64,000 nt of DNA from the human T2T-CHM13v2.0 reference genome, Homo sapiens. Location: NCBI RefSeq assembly GCF_009914755.1, contig NC_060932.1. The stretch is one strand, 5' to 3'. Under the pieces are notes generated by a model. It was not told the origin of the DNA. It did not search any database and saw only the letters and a program-made list of their open reading frames with translations. The position numbers and the translations under genes were made by a program. This document shows, piece by piece, positions 60,051 to 64,000 of this stretch (positions are counted from its first letter, which is position 1; every line of letters starts with the position of its first letter).

Positions 60051-61269
60051 GGTTCTCCAGGAATGAACAAATAAGGGAATAACCACACATATCCCATGTA
60101 TCCACAAACGTAGTGCCTTTTTTTTTTTTTAAAGAGGATGGGTAGCTCATTGTCCTTTCTTAAAGAAGCACTACGTTTGTGGATACATGTGGATACATAG
60201 CATGTCCCCAAAGCTATGCTCTTGCAATTGGTGTCCAGCAGCCTCTGAACAAGTGAGGAAGGTTCATCCAATAGTGCAAAACTGGGCTGTAGGTGCCCAC
60301 CAGGAGGAGCCAGAGGTCCTCATGTTCATGAAGGCCCTTATCTCTCTCCCTGTCTCCCATCTGCTTGACTGTTACCAGCAATAAATATGGTCATGTCTAA
60401 CCATCATTTGTCCCCTGGAATATCCTGGAATACAAAACCTCTATTATAAAACCGGATTCTGTTGCTATCTTATTTTCTTCCAGGCCAATTGTCTTGCACA
60501 TTACTTTGTAACACAGTCAAGTTAATTCCTATGTTAAATAATTAACTCATCCGTCAGGGGAGTACATACATTCTAAGAGTGAATGTTCATATTATGGATG
60601 GAAATCCTGTTTTTGTCCTGGCCCTGAGTGACCTGGACAAGTAGATCTTTCTACCCTGAGATCCAGCTCCTCAGGGTAGAAAGTGCAGAGCTGACATCTC
60701 TATGAAAATGACCAGGGCAATAGAAACAAAAAGGTAAGAAAAAAGGTAAAGAAAAAAATAAGGTAAAGAAAAGGGGGGACTACATGGCCCAAATACATTG
60801 AGCTTACTGTGAAAACTCATTTTTGGAGATAGAGAGAAGATAAAGAACAAGGAAGAGAGACTAAATTGTTCGTTTCCAGGTTTTCAAATGGAATCTTGTC
60901 CTGATTTGGGTCTCAATTAACAAAGCACAAGGACAGCTGAGCCTGTAACAGGTGTTGCTGAGGATACAGGACCGAGAGTGATACTCAGTGGCAACATGCA
61001 GGTCTGCAACTGCAGGTGCCTCTCACCTGGTGACCTGCAGGAAGATGGAGGAGCATATTGGGCACAGTGCTCGGTTTGGGGGTACGGGAAATCAGATCAG
61101 AGCAGCCCAGAGGAGGACTGTGTTCTAATAGAGCAGGTTCTAATAGAGCAGAATAAAGAGATCATAACTGGCCATCTGTCGGCCATTCAAGATCTGGTGC
61201 TTCCTTTCATGTTTTCTGTCATTTATATCACACAGTCCCCACTCCCTGCACACAGGCACTGAGACTCAG

Positions 61270-61410
61270 AGACATGCACATGCACGTCTATAACACATAC
61301 ATCCCCAGTTTCCACCTCACAACACACTCCACTCACCACACAGGCGTGCACATACCTGCACAATATAAACATACAAACATATGCACAGGTGCACGCATGC
61401 ACACACACCC
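61270..61410. repeat. CA-rich low-complexity tract
   Basis: Degenerate (CA)n/(CACATG)n. Confidence 0.7.
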
Positions 61411-61471
61411 TGAAGTGCAGACTCCAAACTCTAATATATCTGGTTTAGTCTCTGAGGCTGAAGCTGCTCAG

Positions 61472-64000
61472 AGGGCGCCTCCCGCGATGCGGGGAGTAAT
61501 ATCTCCCCCTCTCCCCCCCGGGCTATTACCAGCCACATCACAGGGGGGTGAGGGCGCCCCCCGCGATGCGGGGAGTAATATCGCCCCCCTCTCCCCCCTT
61601 GCATATTACGAGCCACGGTGGTCACACAGCGTGTTGACATTATTGTCAATAATATCTTCTCTCCCTCTGGAAATGACCAACTAGATCACAGACCGGTGTA
61701 CATCCTCTTCACTATTTGTAGTAATAGCATCCTCTTCCCCCTGGATATTAAGAACAGTATCACAGGAGTCTTTCTACCCCCAGCGGCATTGGGTGTAGTA
61801 TCGTCCTCTCCCACGTTGAAATTATGAACTATATCACTGGGGGTGTGTCCACCCCATGCGATATTGATAGTAGCATCATCCTCTTCTCTCCTGGATCAGG
61901 GGAGCAATGTCACTGGGGTGGTGTACACTTTCTGCGGTATCGGCAGTAAGATCATCCTCTCCGCCTTGGAATATGAAGGACCATATCACAGGGGGGCTGT
62001 ACACACCCTGCGCTATGAAGACGAATATTATCCTCTCCCACCCTGCACATGAGAAAAAATATCACAGGGTGGGTGTACACCTTCTGCGATATGGGGGGGA
62101 AATATCTTCTCTTCTTCTGGATAGTAGGAACAATATCACACGGGTTTGTACACTTTCTGTGATATTGGGAGTAATATCAACTTCTCCGCCTTTGAATATT
62201 AAGAACAGTGTCACAGACTGGATGTACACCCCCTGCGATATTGGGAGTAAAATCAGCCTCTCCTCTCCATGGATATTAGGAATAATATCCCAGAATGGGT
62301 GTACACCTCCTGCTGTATGGGAAGTCATATCTTCCTCTCCCTTCCTGGCTACTAGGAACCATATCAGAGGGTGGGTGTACACAGCCTGCGATATTGCGAG
62401 TAATATCACCCTCTACCCCTCCGGATATTAGGAACAATATCACAGAAGGGGTGTACACTTTCTGCGATACTGGGAGTCATAGCATTGTCTTCTTCCGTGA
62501 ATATTAGGAGCAATTTCACCGGGTGGATGTACACCCACTGCTCTATTGGGAGTGACGTCATACTCCACCCCCTGGAGATTATATTCGGATCAATATCACT
62601 GGGTGGGTGTACACCTACTGCAATATTGAACATAATATCATGCTCTCTCCCTCCCTGGACATTAGGAGCAATATCACAGGTAGGTGTACACCCACTGAGG
62701 TATTAGGCGTAATATTCATATTCATTATTCCTCATTTATTAGTCACATGAATATGAATTACCAATATTAATATTAATAACAAATTGCTGATAAAAAGTGT
62801 TCAAAATATTAATATTAATTATTAGGAGCTAATATTACTGTTTTCTAATGTATAAGATCAATATCAGTTATTAATATCAGGCATTATTAATCATTAATAT
62901 TAATCATTTATTGTTATCATTCGTATAACTATTTAATATTAATTATCATTATTATTGGTATTGATGTTAAAAATTATATTATCAGTTATTAATGTCGATA
63001 ATTATTAGTATCAATTAATAATGGATGTTATTAATTGCGATAAGTAATATTGATATTAAAATCGATATTATTGATTATCAATTATTAATTGCGATAAGTA
63101 ATATTGATGTTGAAATGGATATTATTTATTATTAATTATTAATTGCGATAATAATATTAATTGCGATAAGTAATATTGATATTGAAATTGATATTATTAA
63201 TTGTGACAAGTAATATCGATATTAAAATGGATATTAGTGATTATTAATTATTAATTGCGATAATGATATTATTAATTGCGATAATGATATTAATTGCGAT
63301 AAGTAATATTCATATTAAAATTGATAGTATTAATTGCTATAAGTAATATTGATATTAAAATTGATATTATTAATTGCGATAAGTAATTTTGCCCCATTCC
63401 ACATAATATCTGTGATCTTGTTGCTAATACCCAGGCGGGGAGAGGACGTTATTAATCCCAATAATCCGGAAGGTGTAGACCTCCCCTGTGATATTGTCCC
63501 TAATATCCAAAGGTGGAGAGGGAGATATACCTCCCAATTTCGCAGGGGTTGTACACCACCCCTGTGACATTGTTCCTAATGTCCAGGGGTAGAGAAAATG
63601 ACATGACTCACAATAAGGCAGGGGGTGAACACCCCGTCCATGATATTGTTCCTAATATTCAGGGGGGAAGAGTATGATGTTACTCCCAATATCACAGGCG
63701 GTGTACTCCCCATATCCCAGGTTGTGGATAGTATCCCGATCTGTGATAGACTCCGCCACGATGTGGGGAGTAATGTCATCCCCCTCTCCTTCCCTCGGTA
63801 TTACGATACACATCGCAGGGGGGCGGGCGACCCCTACGATGCGGGGAGAAATATCACCCCCCACCCCTGATATTACGAGCCACATCGCAGGGGGGTGGAC
63901 ACCCCCAGTGATGCGGGGAGTAATATCTATCCCCCTTCCCCATGGATATTAGGAGCCACATCACAGGGGCGTGGACACCCTCCGCTGATGCGCAGAGTAA
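61472..64000. repeat. SATR1/SATR2-type satellite (~75-76-bp unit) with an AT-rich core (62710-63385)
   Basis: Unit ~GGATATTAGGAACAATATCACAGGGGGTGTACACCCCCTGCGATATTGGGAGTAATATCATCCTCTCC recurs at 61741, 61817, 61891, 61966, 62043, 62117, 62192, 62269, 62345, 62421 and 62497. This satellite is typical of OR7E-type segmental duplications such as 8p23.1 REPD. Confidence 0.88.

Larger units (their letters stand above)
58304..60629. repeat. Inverted repeat pair: 58304-58644 and 60320-60629 (~1.7-kb spacer)
   Basis: The arms are reverse complements over ~310 bp, including a 47-bp exact match (58515-58561 vs 60407-60453). Confidence 0.93.

Noticed and set aside
60150-60290. Beta-defensin-like exon on the minus strand (TCSEAAGH..CKSIALGTCYVST)
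   Set aside because: Needs a stop and frameshifts, lacks the full Cys pattern, and its distal part comes from the local hairpin and 10-bp duplication.
61618-63952. ORFs up to 174 aa and regularly spaced repeats suggesting a CRISPR-like array
   Set aside because: Contiguous diverged ~76-bp satellite units without unique spacers, in human DNA; the ORFs are satellite translations.

Overview
Human chr8p23.1 alpha-/theta-defensin cluster, centromeric part. All recognisable genes lie on the minus strand. In order: the theta-defensin (retrocyclin) pseudogene DEFT1P-type (~2965-5510); a DEFA1A3 gene that here carries the HNP-1 (Ala, DEFA1) codon (~12535-14968); a disabled alpha-defensin, DEFA11P by position (~25190-26172); an alpha-defensin usually labelled DEFA7P (~35080-37675); and Paneth-cell DEFA5 (~51925-53357). 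The genes sit in ancient tandem-duplicated units marked by shared MLT1, L2, MIR, L1 and ERVL-like fossils, with many Alus. The window ends in a SATR1/SATR2-type satellite block with an AT-rich core (~61470-64000). Main leads: (1) 'DEFA7P' has a fully intact spliced 94-aa ORF with a canonical six-Cys, near-neutral, His-rich mature peptide, but its exon 1 has out-of-frame upstream ATGs. (2) The myeloid promoter and exon 1 look like the LTR of an ERVL-like provirus, placed upstream of a still-present enteric TATA box. (3) An opposite-strand alpha-defensin exon fossil lies at 58845-59007 between ~320-bp inverted repeats. Pseudogene symbols and repeat subfamily names come from recall of gene order and consensus motifs, not from database searches.
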